From Nitrospirota bacterium (lineage in GTDB: Bacteria; Nitrospirota; Nitrospiria; Nitrospirales; NS-4): DNA of 64,000 nt. The notes below the pieces were generated by a model, which was not told the DNA's origin, did no database searches, and worked only from the letters and a program-made list of their open reading frames with translations. A program made the position numbers and the translations under genes. How positions within the stretch are numbered: position 1 is the stretch's first letter; every line of letters begins with the position of its first letter. Of this stretch, positions 1-10,370 are shown piece after piece. Location of the stretch: the NCBI GenBank assembly GCA_963788195.1, contig CAWBGA010000005.1, positions 194,701 through 258,700 of the forward strand, written 5' to 3'.

Positions 1-726
1 CCCACGGGCATGGCCGCGTTCTTTGCGAGGTAATAATTGGGAGAATTCGTCAGACCGATAGCGAACTCTCCCCTACCCACGCCTTGCCAGACTTCGGTGT
101 TGTCCGACAGGATCTTTAAGCCATTGGCCATCAGACCTTTGATGTAGTTCCGCGTGAATGGCTCCCCCTTCTCTGCGACCAGCGCCGAGACCCACGCCAA
201 CGTGGTGCGTTCACGCGTTCCGGCGATGGCAAGTTTCCCCTTCCATTTCGGATCCGTGAGCTGCAGGACCGACGTGGGAACCTCTTTCTCAGGGACGAGA
301 TTCTTGTTGTACAAGATAATGCGGGCGCGCCCCGAAATGCCTGTCCATGCCCCGCCCGGGCTTCTGAACTCTAATGGCACGGCCTCGCTCGCCGGTGAAA
401 TGTAGGGATCGAGCACGCCATCGTGTGCAGAGGATCTCCATGATGCCGCCTTCCGTCGAAACGAAGACATCGCCGCGGGGGTGCGCTTTCTCCATCCGGA
501 TCTCATTCGCCAGGCCCGACGTCTTCCCGACCTTGAGATCGACCGGAAGACCGGTCGCTTTGGTAAAAGCCTCGACTACCGGTTTGATCGCCTTTTCCTT
601 GCGCCCGGAATAGACGATCAGATTTTCGGCGGCTACGGCAGGATCAGTATGATACGGGATCACACTGCCCAGGGTGATGAGGACCAGCGCGCAAGCTGGC
701 AACGACATACCGAATCGAGTTGTCAT
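1..726 (-). CDS. Iron(III)-type ABC transporter substrate-binding protein (partial at window edge, frameshifted near 428)
   Basis: Signal peptide, then LIVYSGRKE...F.KATG...E..HPRGDVF typical of AfuA/FutA-like binding proteins; similarity continues in another frame to position 1; lies directly downstream of fur. Confidence 0.8.
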
Positions 727-746
727 GCGTTCAGCCTCGCGAGGGG

Positions 747-1175
747 TCAATGCCGGCAATGGCGGCACAATCCGTAGAGTTCCAACTTATGCGTGGTGAT
801 CGTGAACCCGTGCTTGACGGCCACTTGCTCCTGCAAGCGCTCAATGTCGCAGTTTTCAAATTCCGTGATGCTCCCACATTCCGTACAGATCATGTGGTCG
901 TGATGCCGTTTGTTCACGACGTTGTCGTAATGGGTCTGAGAGCCAAAGTGTCGCTCTTGAGCGATCCCAGAATCGCACAACAGGTTCAGTGTCCGGTAAA
1001 TCGTAGCCAGGCCGATACGCGGCCGGTGCCGTCCCAGAGTGCGGTACAGCTGCTCAGCAGTGACATGTTCCATTCCAAGAAACGCGTCCAGAATGACTTC
1101 ACGCTGCTTGGTGACCTTCAAGCCGTTCTTTGCCAGATGAGTGCGTAACTTACCCCATTCTTTCGCGTGTTTCAT
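747..1175 (-). CDS. fur: Ferric uptake regulator family protein
   Basis: GLKVTKQR, ATIYRTL helix, HHDHMIC..C and C-terminal CxxC motifs. Confidence 0.93.
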   Translation of the reverse strand: MKHAKEWGKLRTHLAKNGLKVTKQREVILDAFLGMEHVTAEQLYRTLGRHRPRIGLATIYRTLNLLCDSGIAQERHFGSQTHYDNVVNKRHHDHMICTECGSITEFENCDIERLQEQVAVKHGFTITTHKLELYGLCRHCRH

Positions 1176-1188
1176 TGGTGCGACCGAA

Positions 1189-1207
1189 ATTGAGAAGGAT
1201 TCTTAAT
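1189..1207. promoter_or_regulatory. Fur-box-like palindrome upstream of fur
   Basis: ATTGAGAA-GGA-TTCTTAAT, a 19 bp near-perfect inverted repeat 13 bp upstream of the fur ATG; minus-strand TTGACG at 1232-1227. Confidence 0.65.
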
Positions 1208-1262
1208 ACCAGATAGACTTTTAGTCCGTCAAGCCGCCAAACTGTCTTAGCAAACTCTGAAC

Positions 1263-1335
1263 GGGGACAGGCAACTTTTCCGTCCATGAAGCGCGCCGTG
1301 AACATTGAGATGATTCGGAAAAGTAGCCTGTCCCC
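1263..1335. repeat. REP-like inverted repeat pair (GGGGACAG family)
   Basis: GGGGACAGGCAACTTTTCCG (1263-1282) and CGGAAAAGTAGCCTGTCCCC (1316-1335) are 19/20 complementary. Confidence 0.85.
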
Positions 1336-1418
1336 CTTCTTCAAGCATGCAAGGCGCTGGCCTGGCAGATTTCAGGCCACGGGAGAAGAGCCGGCTTCAG
1401 GCAAGGGGCACGAGAAAG

Positions 1419-1540
1419 GCGGCTGTCTTGGCAGCCGCGGGGCGGGCGGGTGCCAGGGGGTAAAGGGATGCGTCTCGGCGCATCCCAGGGCGGGTGGGTG
1501 CAAAAGGGACAAGGGCTGTCTTGCAGCTTCGAGGTGGGCG
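1419..1540 (+). repeat. Tandem hairpin plus G-rich tail repeat units (two clear, one degenerate)
   Basis: GCGGCTG-TCTTGG-CAGCCGC-GGGGCGGGCGGGTG; GGGATGCG-TCTCGG-CGCATCCC-AGGGCGGGTGGGTG; GGGCTG-TCTTG-CAGCTT. Confidence 0.75.
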
Positions 1541-1601
1541 ACGGCAATTGACAAGGTTTGCAAGGCTGTGGCCATAATCTCGCGTGCGGTCTCCCTCCGA
1601 T

Positions 1602-2174
1602 ATGATCATCGACCGGTTGCTGCTGCTCTACTTGCTCAGAATCGCCGCCCCCTTTGGAATCGACGGCGACGTCAAGCTCCAACAGCTTGTGTTTCTGTCG
1701 GAGTTGCAGTTGTTTGGTAAGCAAGCGACCGGTTTTCATTACCGGTTTTTTCGCTACGCCTATGGCGGGTACAGTAAGGAGCTGGCCGATGATTTTGCCG
1801 CGCTCGGAGCGAAAAAACTTCTGGTTGCAGGGATGTGGACACTCTCGCCGCTAGGGGAAACCGTCGTCAAGGTGATTCCCGGGATTGCCAAGGATCGCGC
1901 CGAGAACGAAACCGTTTTATCCATTGTTCAGGATATCGTGATGGCCTATGGAAAATATGACAGCTCGAGCATTGTTCCTGAAGTTGAAAAAATCGAACTT
2001 GTGCTGCCGGAAAAGCCTGACGCCGATGCCGAGGGCGTCGCGCGGCAGGAATCGCTCCCAATCGGTCACATCTCGTTTCATGCCACCTTGCTGGTGCCGG
2101 AGAGAATTCAGACGCCCATACGCTTAGAGGTCAAGCCGGATCTGCTGGCCGTCCTTCAGGATCTCCTGAAATGA
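1602..2174 (+). CDS. Hypothetical protein, YwgA/DUF4065 (Panacea)-like N-terminal domain
   Basis: KLQQLVFL...F.RY.YGGYSKEL..D...L resembles the KLQKLxY...FxxxxYGPYSxEL pattern; stop overlaps the gpsA start. Confidence 0.55.
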   Translation: MIIDRLLLLYLLRIAAPFGIDGDVKLQQLVFLSELQLFGKQATGFHYRFFRYAYGGYSKELADDFAALGAKKLLVAGMWTLSPLGETVVKVIPGIAKDRAENETVLSIVQDIVMAYGKYDSSSIVPEVEKIELVLPEKPDADAEGVARQESLPIGHISFHATLLVPERIQTPIRLEVKPDLLAVLQDLLK

Positions 2175-3181
2175 CTAGGGCGACCGCGGTCGTGGGTGCG
2201 GGGGCTTGGGGCACCGCTCTCGCGTGGCTACTGGCCGCGAACGGCCGGCCGACGCGGCTATGGACCTATGAACCTGAGGTCGCGGATCAGATCAATCACG
2301 AACGGGAGAATCGCCGTTATCTGCCCGGGGTGGAATTGCCTCCAACCCTGAGAGCGTCCGTATCCATGGCAGAAGTACTGGAAGGCGCGGGCGCATTGAT
2401 CTTCGTTGTGCCCTCCCACGTCGCGCATGATGTCATCGCGCAGATCGCGCCTCACCTGCCTTCCGGAATTCCAGTGGTCAGCGCCACGAAGGGTCTTGAG
2501 GAGAAACGAGGTCGTCCGATCTCAGCCCTCTTGGAAGAAATGCTGCCGATTTCACCCGGCTCGGTGTTCGCCCTGTCGGGACCCAGCTTCGCAACCGAGG
2601 TGTGCCGCAGTTTGCCCACTGCCGTTGTGCTCGCGGGCGCCACTTCACCTGAGGCGACTGTTCTGCAGCAGCTTCTGATGACACCTGCGTACCGGGTGTA
2701 CCTTGCCCGCGATCGTCTCGGGGTTGAGCTCGGCGGCGCGCTAAAGAATGTCATCGCCGTGGCCGCGGGTATTGCGGACGGACTGGGATTCGGACATAAC
2801 ACGCGGGCGGCGCTCATCACCCGTGGACTGGCCGAAATGGTCCGTCTGGGAACGGCGATGGGGGCCGATCCCAGAACCTTTGCCGGACTTTCGGGCATGG
2901 GAGATCTCGTTCTCACCTGTACCGGGGCATTGAGCCGGAACAGGGCTGTTGGGCTTCAGCTCGCCGAGGGCAAGAAACTTGCGGCGATTCTAGCAGCCAC
3001 CCACAGTGTTGCAGAAGGGGTTAACACGGCGCGCGTCGCGCTGGCCTTGGCCCAGCGGCATCATGTTGAAATGCCCATCGTACGTGAGGTCTGCGCTGTG
3101 CTGTTTGAAGCAAAAGAGCCCGCTCGTGCGGTGTCGGAACTGATGGAGCGCGCGGCCCGACATGAATTGGATCAGGCATGA
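2171..3181 (+). CDS. gpsA: NAD(P)H-dependent glycerol-3-phosphate dehydrogenase
   Basis: GAGAWGTALA, SATKG, LSGPSFA, GGALKNVIA, GMGDLVLTC...SRN motifs. Confidence 0.96.
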   Translation: MTRATAVVGAGAWGTALAWLLAANGRPTRLWTYEPEVADQINHERENRRYLPGVELPPTLRASVSMAEVLEGAGALIFVVPSHVAHDVIAQIAPHLPSGIPVVSATKGLEEKRGRPISALLEEMLPISPGSVFALSGPSFATEVCRSLPTAVVLAGATSPEATVLQQLLMTPAYRVYLARDRLGVELGGALKNVIAVAAGIADGLGFGHNTRAALITRGLAEMVRLGTAMGADPRTFAGLSGMGDLVLTCTGALSRNRAVGLQLAEGKKLAAILAATHSVAEGVNTARVALALAQRHHVEMPIVREVCAVLFEAKEPARAVSELMERAARHELDQA

Positions 3182-3982
3182 CGGCGGATCGAATCCGGCA
3201 GTTACTCGAACAAGTGCGGGGGAGGAGGCTCAGTATAGAGGCGGGCCTCGCTCGGTTGAAGACGTTGCCCTATGAAGATATCGGTTTTGCCGCCGTGGAC
3301 CACCACAGATTATTTCGCCAAGGGATGGCCGAGGCCATCCTGTGCGAAGGCAAAACACTGTCGCAGGTCGTCGCCATCGCTCGGCGGCTCCGTCGGCACG
3401 GCCACCCAGTGCTGGCCACGCGCGTTGAGCCGATGGTCGCGCGGGCTTTACTGCGACTCGATCGTGAAGCGCGGCATGATCCTATGGGCCGAACCGTCGT
3501 TCTCAACCCGCCGAGGAATCTCGGGAACCGGCAGAGCCTTCGGGAAGGCGGGGGGAGTGTTGATCATGACAGCCGGCACATCCGACATTCCCGTGGCTGA
3601 AGAGGCGCGGGCGACGGCCGAGGTCCTCGGGGATGCCGTCACTACAATGTACGATGTCGGCGTCGCCGGATTGCACCGATTGCTCGATCGGCGCGGCGAG
3701 CTCCACAGCGCGCAGGTGATGATTGTCGTGGCGGGGATGGACGGAGCGTTACCGAGCGTGGTGGGCGGTTTGGTGTCGCAACCCGTCGTCGCAGTTCCGA
3801 CGAGCCGGGGCTATGGTGCAAGCTTCGGAGGTATCTCAGCTCTGCTGACCATGCTGAACTCCTGTGCAGCTGGAATCGGCGTGGTCAACATCGATAATGG
3901 TTTTGGAGCGGCCTGTTTGGCGCATCGCATCACTCAGAGTTCGCCTTCACCTCGAAGTTCCCCCGTTTCTTCCAGGCGCTGA
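3178..3982 (+). CDS. larB: Nickel-pincer cofactor biosynthesis protein LarB (frameshift near 3540)
   Basis: N-half D.GFA.VDHHR..RQG..E...CEGKT; C-half [50 protein letters not shown]. Confidence 0.92.
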
Positions 3983-4476
3983 GCCGCGTCAACGGATACC
4001 CATCCTTATTCAGGACCATCAGTTTCGCCTGGACCTGGTAGTCGTACATTCCGTCTACGACAATGCGATCATTATTGTCCGTGCCGTCCCAGGTTTGCAC
4101 GATTTCGAGTTGCCGTTGCGCCTCCTCAGTGGTGTCGTCCATCGTTGGCAGCATCTGGCGGCTGCTCAACAAGGCGAAACGACGAACGCGACGTTGAAGT
4201 GATCAATGTAGAAACATCCAGCAGCATCTCCTCTTGCATCACCTTCGGAAGTTCCACCCTGATCGTGAGCGTTAGCGGGGCCCCGTTGGGAACAAACGGC
4301 AAAGGGGTGGCATCCACCGAGAGGATCTTGAAATCGGGAGCCTTACCTTTAGGCTTGGCCTTCGCCGCATGACCCAAGTCGCCGGCGATGCCTAGGAGGC
4401 ACGCTGCGAGCACTGCGGCGACCGTCCAGGAGTTGAAGAAGCGGGAGACCATTCTGAAGCACAATTTTCTTATCAC
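3930..4476 (-). CDS. Exported protein with FlgD-Ig-like C-terminal region (frameshift near 4172)
   Basis: Signal peptide; WDGTD...VVDG.Y.Y motif; ORFs 4126-4476 and 3930-4172 join. Confidence 0.55.
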
Positions 4477-4561
4477 ATCGATGGAAGACTGTCAATTCTC
4501 GCCTGCTCTGGCGCGCCGGATCATAGTAATAGGAAAATCACTTTGCTAAGATGACCACTTT

Positions 4562-5743
4562 ATGAAAATTGCTTACTTCAATTGTTTTTCCGGCATCAGC
4601 GGGGACATGTGCCTGGGCGCGCTGGTCGATCTTGGCCTCCCGCTCGCCGATCTCTCGAAGGCGCTGAAGGGCCTCCGTCTTACAGGGTTTTCCCTCAAGA
4701 GCCGCCGGGTGACGCGCGGTGGGATCGTCGCTACCAAAGTAGATGTGCTTGTTCGGCGCGGCAGGGATCGGCCCATGACCTTTCAAGAAATCCGTCGCCT
4801 TATCGGCGCCTCACGTCTTGGACCAGACGTCCGCCTGCGTTCGTTAAGGGTCTTCGAAAACTTGGCGAGAGCTGAGGCGGAAGTGCATGGGACCGTTCTT
4901 TCGAAAGTACAATTTCATGAGCTTGGGATTATCGATTCCCTGGTGGATGTGGTCGGCACCGTCTTAGGCTGCCACCTACTCGGCATCGAGGAGATCTACA
5001 GTTCGGCGATCAATGTCGGTTCAGGAACGATCCGCTCGCACCACGGTGTCCTTCCTGTGCCGGCGCCCGCCACCGCCAATCTGCTCAAAGGCTTCCCAAT
5101 CTATGCCTCAGGTCCGGAGCGCGAGTTGACGACGCCGACCGGCGCGGCCTTGATGGCGACTCTCGCCAGACAGGCCGGAGCCATGCCCATGATGAGGCTG
5201 AAGGCCGTCGGGCATGGGGCGGGCACCTTCAACCCTCAGAAATGGCCCAATGCGCTGCGCGTAATTCAAGGAGAAATCTCCACGGCGGCGGAATCCGACC
5301 GGATCATGGTTCTTGAAACGAATCTTGATGACATGAACCCGCAAGCCTACGAGTTGCTCATAGACAGACTGCTAGCGCAGGGGGCGTTCGACGTGACACT
5401 GACGCCTGTGATCATGAAACGCAGCCGCCCGGGGATTGTCCTGACCGTGCTCGCGGATACCGCCAAGCTGGAACCGGTCCTTCGCGTGATGTTTGCCGAC
5501 ACCACGACCCTCGGCATCCGGATCCAGGAGGTGTCGCGTCGCTTGCTTTCGCGCGAGATCGTCGAGCTGTCTACAAAGTTCGGACCTGTCCGTATCAAGG
5601 TGGCATCGGCGCCTCGTGGCGGGGGACGGCCGAAATCGCGACCTGAGTACCGCGACTGCAAACGGCTTGCAGAGGAAACCGGATTGCCGCTGCAGACGAT
5701 CATGCGCGAAGTCGAACGGAGCATGCGACGGCTGCCATGCTAG
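4562..5743 (+). CDS. larC: Nickel-pincer cofactor biosynthesis protein LarC
   Basis: YFNCFSGISGDM.LGAL.DLG, FHE.G..DS, HG.LPVPAPAT, ELTTPTGAA, LETNLDDM, MKR.RPG, PEY.DC. Confidence 0.95.
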   Translation: MKIAYFNCFSGISGDMCLGALVDLGLPLADLSKALKGLRLTGFSLKSRRVTRGGIVATKVDVLVRRGRDRPMTFQEIRRLIGASRLGPDVRLRSLRVFENLARAEAEVHGTVLSKVQFHELGIIDSLVDVVGTVLGCHLLGIEEIYSSAINVGSGTIRSHHGVLPVPAPATANLLKGFPIYASGPERELTTPTGAALMATLARQAGAMPMMRLKAVGHGAGTFNPQKWPNALRVIQGEISTAAESDRIMVLETNLDDMNPQAYELLIDRLLAQGAFDVTLTPVIMKRSRPGIVLTVLADTAKLEPVLRVMFADTTTLGIRIQEVSRRLLSREIVELSTKFGPVRIKVASAPRGGGRPKSRPEYRDCKRLAEETGLPLQTIMREVERSMRRLPC

Positions 5744-6741
5744 GCGCCATGGTAGGCCCCAGCCTGCTCTTTCTCCTGTCGATCGCAGTCATCCTGGGCG
5801 GGGCGGCGGTCTTTACGAACGGCGTTGAATGGTTGGGCCGCCGGCTCGGCATCTCCGATGGAGCCATCGGCAGCATCCTGGCGGGAGTCGCAACCGCATT
5901 GCCGGAGACCCTGATCCCGATCATCGCGATTTTTTGGGGCGCGACGGCAACATCGGTCGACATCGGGGTCGGAGCAATTCTCGGTGCTCCCCTCATGCTC
6001 AGCACGATCACCATACCGCTGCTGGCAATGTTTCTGCTGTTCCTCGCCCGCTTGAAAAAGCGAACCAACCGGTTTGAGCTCGACTACCACATGGTCCGGC
6101 TTGACCTCGGGTTTTTCCTGGCCGCGTACAGCGTTGCCCTTGTCGTGGGGATGTTGCCTGTCGCACCTCTGCGCTATGGTGCCGCCATTGCCCTCTTTAT
6201 TGGGTACTGTTGGTATGTGAAGATTCATCTGACGACGGGGCAAGTCAGTGAGATGGAAATCGGACCATTATATTTTTCGCGCAAGTCCGTCTCTCCGGCC
6301 ACCGTTCTCATCATTGTCCAGGCAATGGCAGGCTTGGCGTTGCTCATCGGCGGCGCTCACATGTTCGTGCATGTCGTGGAGCAACTGGCGTTTGGAATAG
6401 GTGTCTCGCCGCTCATTTTTTCCCTGCTCGTGGCCCCCATCGCCACGGAACTTCCTGAGAAACTGAATAGCCTTTTGTGGATCTATCAGAAGAAGGATAC
6501 GCTCGCGGTCGGGAACATCAGTGGGGCCATGGTGTTCCAGGGCACCTTTCCCGTGTCTATCGGCCTCATCGGAACAAGTTGGATACTGGATACCGCCTCC
6601 ATGATCAGCCTCGTGCTGCCCCTGCTCGCTGTGAGCCTGTTTTTCGCACAAGCGCAGTGGGCCGGTCGCTGGCAGCCCAGCGTGCTGATCCTGCCTATCT
6701 TCCTGTATGCTGGATATATGTTGTACCTGATCATGCGATGA
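5737..6741 (+). CDS. Sodium:calcium antiporter (CaCA family)
   Basis: Multi-TM protein with two alpha repeats (ATALPE, ATELPE...AVGNISG). Confidence 0.85.
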   Translation: MLGAMVGPSLLFLLSIAVILGGAAVFTNGVEWLGRRLGISDGAIGSILAGVATALPETLIPIIAIFWGATATSVDIGVGAILGAPLMLSTITIPLLAMFLLFLARLKKRTNRFELDYHMVRLDLGFFLAAYSVALVVGMLPVAPLRYGAAIALFIGYCWYVKIHLTTGQVSEMEIGPLYFSRKSVSPATVLIIVQAMAGLALLIGGAHMFVHVVEQLAFGIGVSPLIFSLLVAPIATELPEKLNSLLWIYQKKDTLAVGNISGAMVFQGTFPVSIGLIGTSWILDTASMISLVLPLLAVSLFFAQAQWAGRWQPSVLILPIFLYAGYMLYLIMR

Positions 6742-7652
6742 CCGGATTTCGAACATCCCCCTGCGCGTCGAATCCGGGATTGACTGAGGACGCTGCCGGC
6801 CGCGAAACCCGGTTTATCCTCTGGGTGATTCTCGCCCTCAACTGGACGGTGGCAGCCGCAAAGCTGGGGTATGGTCTCCTGACCGGCTCGGTGTCGATGC
6901 AAGCCGATGGCATTCATTCATCGTTCGACGGCATGTCGAATCTCATTGGCCTGGCCGGTTTGTGGATTGCCGCGCAACCGCCGGATGCGCGGTATCCCTA
7001 TGGACATAAGAAGTATGAGACCTTCGCGGCGGCCGGAATCGGCCTGCTGTTGTTCGCGACATGTCTGTACATCTTGTACAACAGCTATATCCATTGGCGG
7101 GATGCTGTAGTCCCGGAAGTCACTGCTCTGAGCTTTGGTGTCATGCTGACCGCCATGGGCATTAGCACGTGCGTAATGATATGGGAGCGGCGACGCGGGG
7201 AAGTGTTGAAGAGCGAAATTCTGGTTGCCGATTCACTGCATACGGCGAGCGATATTCTCTCATCCCTGGCGGTGCTGGTAGGACTCGCCGCCGTATGGGC
7301 CGGCTATCCGATCTTGGATTCGATCGCCGGTGTCGTGATTGCCGTCTTCATCGGGCACACAGGAGTGCTCGTCTTTCGGGAGGCCTCCAAGTCGCTAGCC
7401 GATAAGGCCCGCATCGACCCCGATGTCATTCGCAAAATTGCCCTGACGGTCGAAGGTGTGGACTGCTGCGACGATATCAGGACCCGAGGACTCGCCCGCC
7501 ACATTTTTACGGATTTAACGATCCATGTGCATCCCGCCATGACGACGGCACGAGCCCACACCGTTGCGCATGAAGTGGAAGAAATAGTGAAACGGGAATT
7601 TCCTGAAGTGGCCGAAGTCGTGGTCCATGTGGCCCCGGAAGATCATGGATGA
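6738..7652 (+). CDS. Cation diffusion facilitator family transporter
   Basis: ADGIHS..D, YPYGH.KYE, ADSLHT.SD, C-terminal AH.VA..VE...VVVHV; ATGA overlap with upstream gene. Confidence 0.92.
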   Translation: MTGFRTSPCASNPGLTEDAAGRETRFILWVILALNWTVAAAKLGYGLLTGSVSMQADGIHSSFDGMSNLIGLAGLWIAAQPPDARYPYGHKKYETFAAAGIGLLLFATCLYILYNSYIHWRDAVVPEVTALSFGVMLTAMGISTCVMIWERRRGEVLKSEILVADSLHTASDILSSLAVLVGLAAVWAGYPILDSIAGVVIAVFIGHTGVLVFREASKSLADKARIDPDVIRKIALTVEGVDCCDDIRTRGLARHIFTDLTIHVHPAMTTARAHTVAHEVEEIVKREFPEVAEVVVHVAPEDHG

Positions 7653-8498
7653 CGGCATTCTGTCGAACCTGCGCGCGCTCATTTCGGAACGGCATCCGTT
7701 CTCTTCACCCGCCAACCTCCGCCGCGCCCATGATTATCTCGCTGATCAGTACGAGCGCCTGGGGCTGGAAGTGTCATTCCATACATTTCGAGCTTTCGGT
7801 GGGAGTTATAAGAATGTTCTTGGAACGCTTCAACCGGCGTCAGGCGCTTCCCGAACTCGAAGGCTGCCGGTGATCGTCGCGGCCCACTATGACACGGTGC
7901 AAGGTAGCCCGGGCGCCGACGATAACGCGAGCGGTTTGGCGGTGATGCTCGAGGTCGCGCGGAGGCTCCGAGAGGTCTCGACCTCATGCGAGGTCCGGTT
8001 CATCGCGATGTGTCTAGAGGAACACAACCTCTTGGGGAGCCTGGCTTATGCCGCTTCTTTGCGGGATGTTAATGAGGAGATCGCGGGCGCCATTGTGCTC
8101 GAGTGCGTGGGCTATACCAGTGACAAAAATGGTTCCCAAACGGCGCCGCGGGGAATGCCCGTTCGCGATTCCTACAATAGGGGATTTCCTCGGGATCGTG
8201 GGGAACACGGCCTCCGTGAAGCTGGTGAAGGCATTCGAGCAGGCAAGCAAGCCGCGAAGTGCCGGAACTGAAGACGGTATCGATTGTCGTCCCAGGCGAG
8301 GGTGAGCAGCTTCCTGATACGCGGCGAAGCGATCATGCCGCGTTCTGGCAGTTCGGCTACCCGGCCGTCATGCTGACCGATACCGCAAATTTCCGAAACC
8401 CCCATTACCACCGACCTACCGATACGCTTGAGACCCTGGATCTCAACTTTATCCATCGGGTAGCACGCAGCGTGAGCGCTGCGGTGACTAGCCTGTAG
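7645..8498 (+). CDS. M28 family peptidase (frameshifts near 8160 and 8260)
   Basis: AHYDTV.GSPGADDNASG, EE...GS, RRSDHA.FW, TDTANFRNPHYH..TDT. Confidence 0.88.
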
Positions 8499-8534
8499 AG
8501 AACGTATCAGCAGGAACCTGTAAAATAGACAGCC

Positions 8535-9527
8535 ATGAAACCACTTCTCGGCATCACAATGGGGGATCCGGCCGGCATCGGACCCGAAGTCATCGTGAAG
8601 GCCTTGTCGCGCCCAGCCGTCAGACGGATGTGCCGGCCTCTGGTCGTCGGCTCGCCCGAGGTTCTCTTCAAGACCATTCGTCGACTAAGAGCGCCGATCA
8701 AACTCCGTCGCGTGATGGCACAGGACCTTTCTTGTCCAGCGGCGGAAATTCCGGTGCTGGATCCATTGGCCCATCGCTTGCCGAACTTTTCCGTCGGTTG
8801 CGTCTCAAAAGTGACAGGCGAAGCGCAGGTACGATACGTGGAAGAGGCCGTGCGGCTCGCCCTAGCCGGAACGATTGCCGGCATTGTCACGGCGCCGATC
8901 AATAAGGAGGCGATCAATCTTGCCGGATACGCCTATCCCGGGCATACCGAGCTGCTGGCCGAACTGACGGGAGCAAAAGAAGTCGGCATGATGATCGTGG
9001 GCGGCTCGCTCCGCTTCATGTTCACAACCACTCACATAGCCATGAAGGATCTGGCTGCTTCCCTGACGGTCGAGCGAGTCGAGCGCGCCATCCGGCTCTG
9101 TCATGAGGGGCTGACTCGCCTGTTTCGAATCAAGCGTCCCCGGATAGCAGTTGCCGCATTAAATCCGCACGCCGGAGAGGGAGGTCTCTTTGGAACCGAA
9201 GAGATTGACGTGATCGCGCCGGGCATTGCCAATGCGAAAGCGCTTGGATATCCCTCCCGGGGGCCCTTTCCGGCAGACACATTAATCGGGCAGGCCTCTC
9301 GCGGGATGTATGATGCCGTAGTCGCCATGTACCATGACCAGGGACTGATCGCGCTGAAACTCGCGGCCTTCGGCAAATCCGTGAACACCACCGTCGGCCT
9401 TCCGATCATCCGCACCTCGGTCGATCACGGAACCGCCTATGACATTGCCGGAAAAGGTATTGCCGATGAAGGAAGCCTGGTGGAAGCCATTCGTCTTGCA
9501 GCGGGATTTGCACGGTATCAACGGTGA
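8535..9527 (+). CDS. pdxA: 4-hydroxythreonine-4-phosphate dehydrogenase
   Basis: MGDPAGIGPE, TAPINK, GHTE, LNPHAGE, AMYHDQG, RTSVDHGTA. Confidence 0.96.
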   Translation: MKPLLGITMGDPAGIGPEVIVKALSRPAVRRMCRPLVVGSPEVLFKTIRRLRAPIKLRRVMAQDLSCPAAEIPVLDPLAHRLPNFSVGCVSKVTGEAQVRYVEEAVRLALAGTIAGIVTAPINKEAINLAGYAYPGHTELLAELTGAKEVGMMIVGGSLRFMFTTTHIAMKDLAASLTVERVERAIRLCHEGLTRLFRIKRPRIAVAALNPHAGEGGLFGTEEIDVIAPGIANAKALGYPSRGPFPADTLIGQASRGMYDAVVAMYHDQGLIALKLAAFGKSVNTTVGLPIIRTSVDHGTAYDIAGKGIADEGSLVEAIRLAAGFARYQR

Positions 9528-9536
9528 AGAAAGCAT

Positions 9537-10352
9537 ATGAAGCTTGCGTCCGGACCCTACGAGCAGGCGACGCTTCCACGCGGACGCAAATCGCTTGGGC
9601 AGCACTTTCTCATAGATCGGAACATTGTCCGCAAGATCGTGCGGCTTGCGGAACTGCAGCCAGGAGAGACAGTTCTCGAAATCGGACCTGGCCGCGGGAT
9701 CCTGACGGAAGCCCTGCTGGATCTCTCGGGCGCGGTCACCGCGATTGAGGTCGACCCGATCCTCTCCGCGCACCTTCGTGATGTGTTTGTTAATCGTTCC
9801 AGTCTGAAACTGATCGAAGGAGACGCTCTGGACTTCGACTACGCGAGTCTCCCGGAATCCTTTCTCGTCGTCGCGAATTTACCCTACTATCTCTCCACCC
9901 CTCTACTCTTTCGGCTGCTCAAGGAAGGAGCGCGCATCAGCCGCATGGTCCTCATGCTGCAGGCAGAGGTCGCGGCCCGGCTTGCGGCATCGCCCGGCGG
10001 CAAGGAATACGGGGTACTGTCAATTGCGACGCAGTTCAGATGCGAGGTCCGCCTAGCTTTCAAGGTCTCAGCGACCTGTTTTCAACCGTCTCCCAGGGTG
10101 GGCTCGGCCGTGGTCGTTTTGACGCCGCTGCTTCGACCACGTGTCTCTGTCGAGAACGAAGGATTCTTTTTCAAGGTGGTTCGCGCGGGCTTCGCGCATC
10201 GGCGAAAGGCACTGGCCAATTCCCTCCGGGATGAGGGTTTCAGTCCGGAGAAGACCAAAGTCGCTCTGGCGGAAGCTGGAATTGACGGCGCGCGCCGAGC
10301 AGAGACGCTCAGCATGCAGGAATTCGGAGCACTCGCGAATCATCTTCAGTGA
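9537..10352 (+). CDS. rsmA: 16S rRNA dimethyladenosine transferase
   Basis: KSLGQHFL, LEIGPG.G.LT, VANLPYY; canonical pdxA-rsmA order. Confidence 0.96.
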   Translation: MKLASGPYEQATLPRGRKSLGQHFLIDRNIVRKIVRLAELQPGETVLEIGPGRGILTEALLDLSGAVTAIEVDPILSAHLRDVFVNRSSLKLIEGDALDFDYASLPESFLVVANLPYYLSTPLLFRLLKEGARISRMVLMLQAEVAARLAASPGGKEYGVLSIATQFRCEVRLAFKVSATCFQPSPRVGSAVVVLTPLLRPRVSVENEGFFFKVVRAGFAHRRKALANSLRDEGFSPEKTKVALAEAGIDGARRAETLSMQEFGALANHLQ

Positions 10353-10370
10353 ATACGGAGAGCCACTCAC

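Noticed and set aside
1380..1540. CRISPR array
   Set aside because: Units are not identical repeats with unique equal-length spacers, and there are no cas genes
1286..1739. ORFs over the repeat region, and likewise 22079-22706 and long antisense ORFs such as 51410-52321 and 56685-57749
   Set aside because: Low-complexity translations of repeats or antisense shadows of real genes in GC-rich DNA
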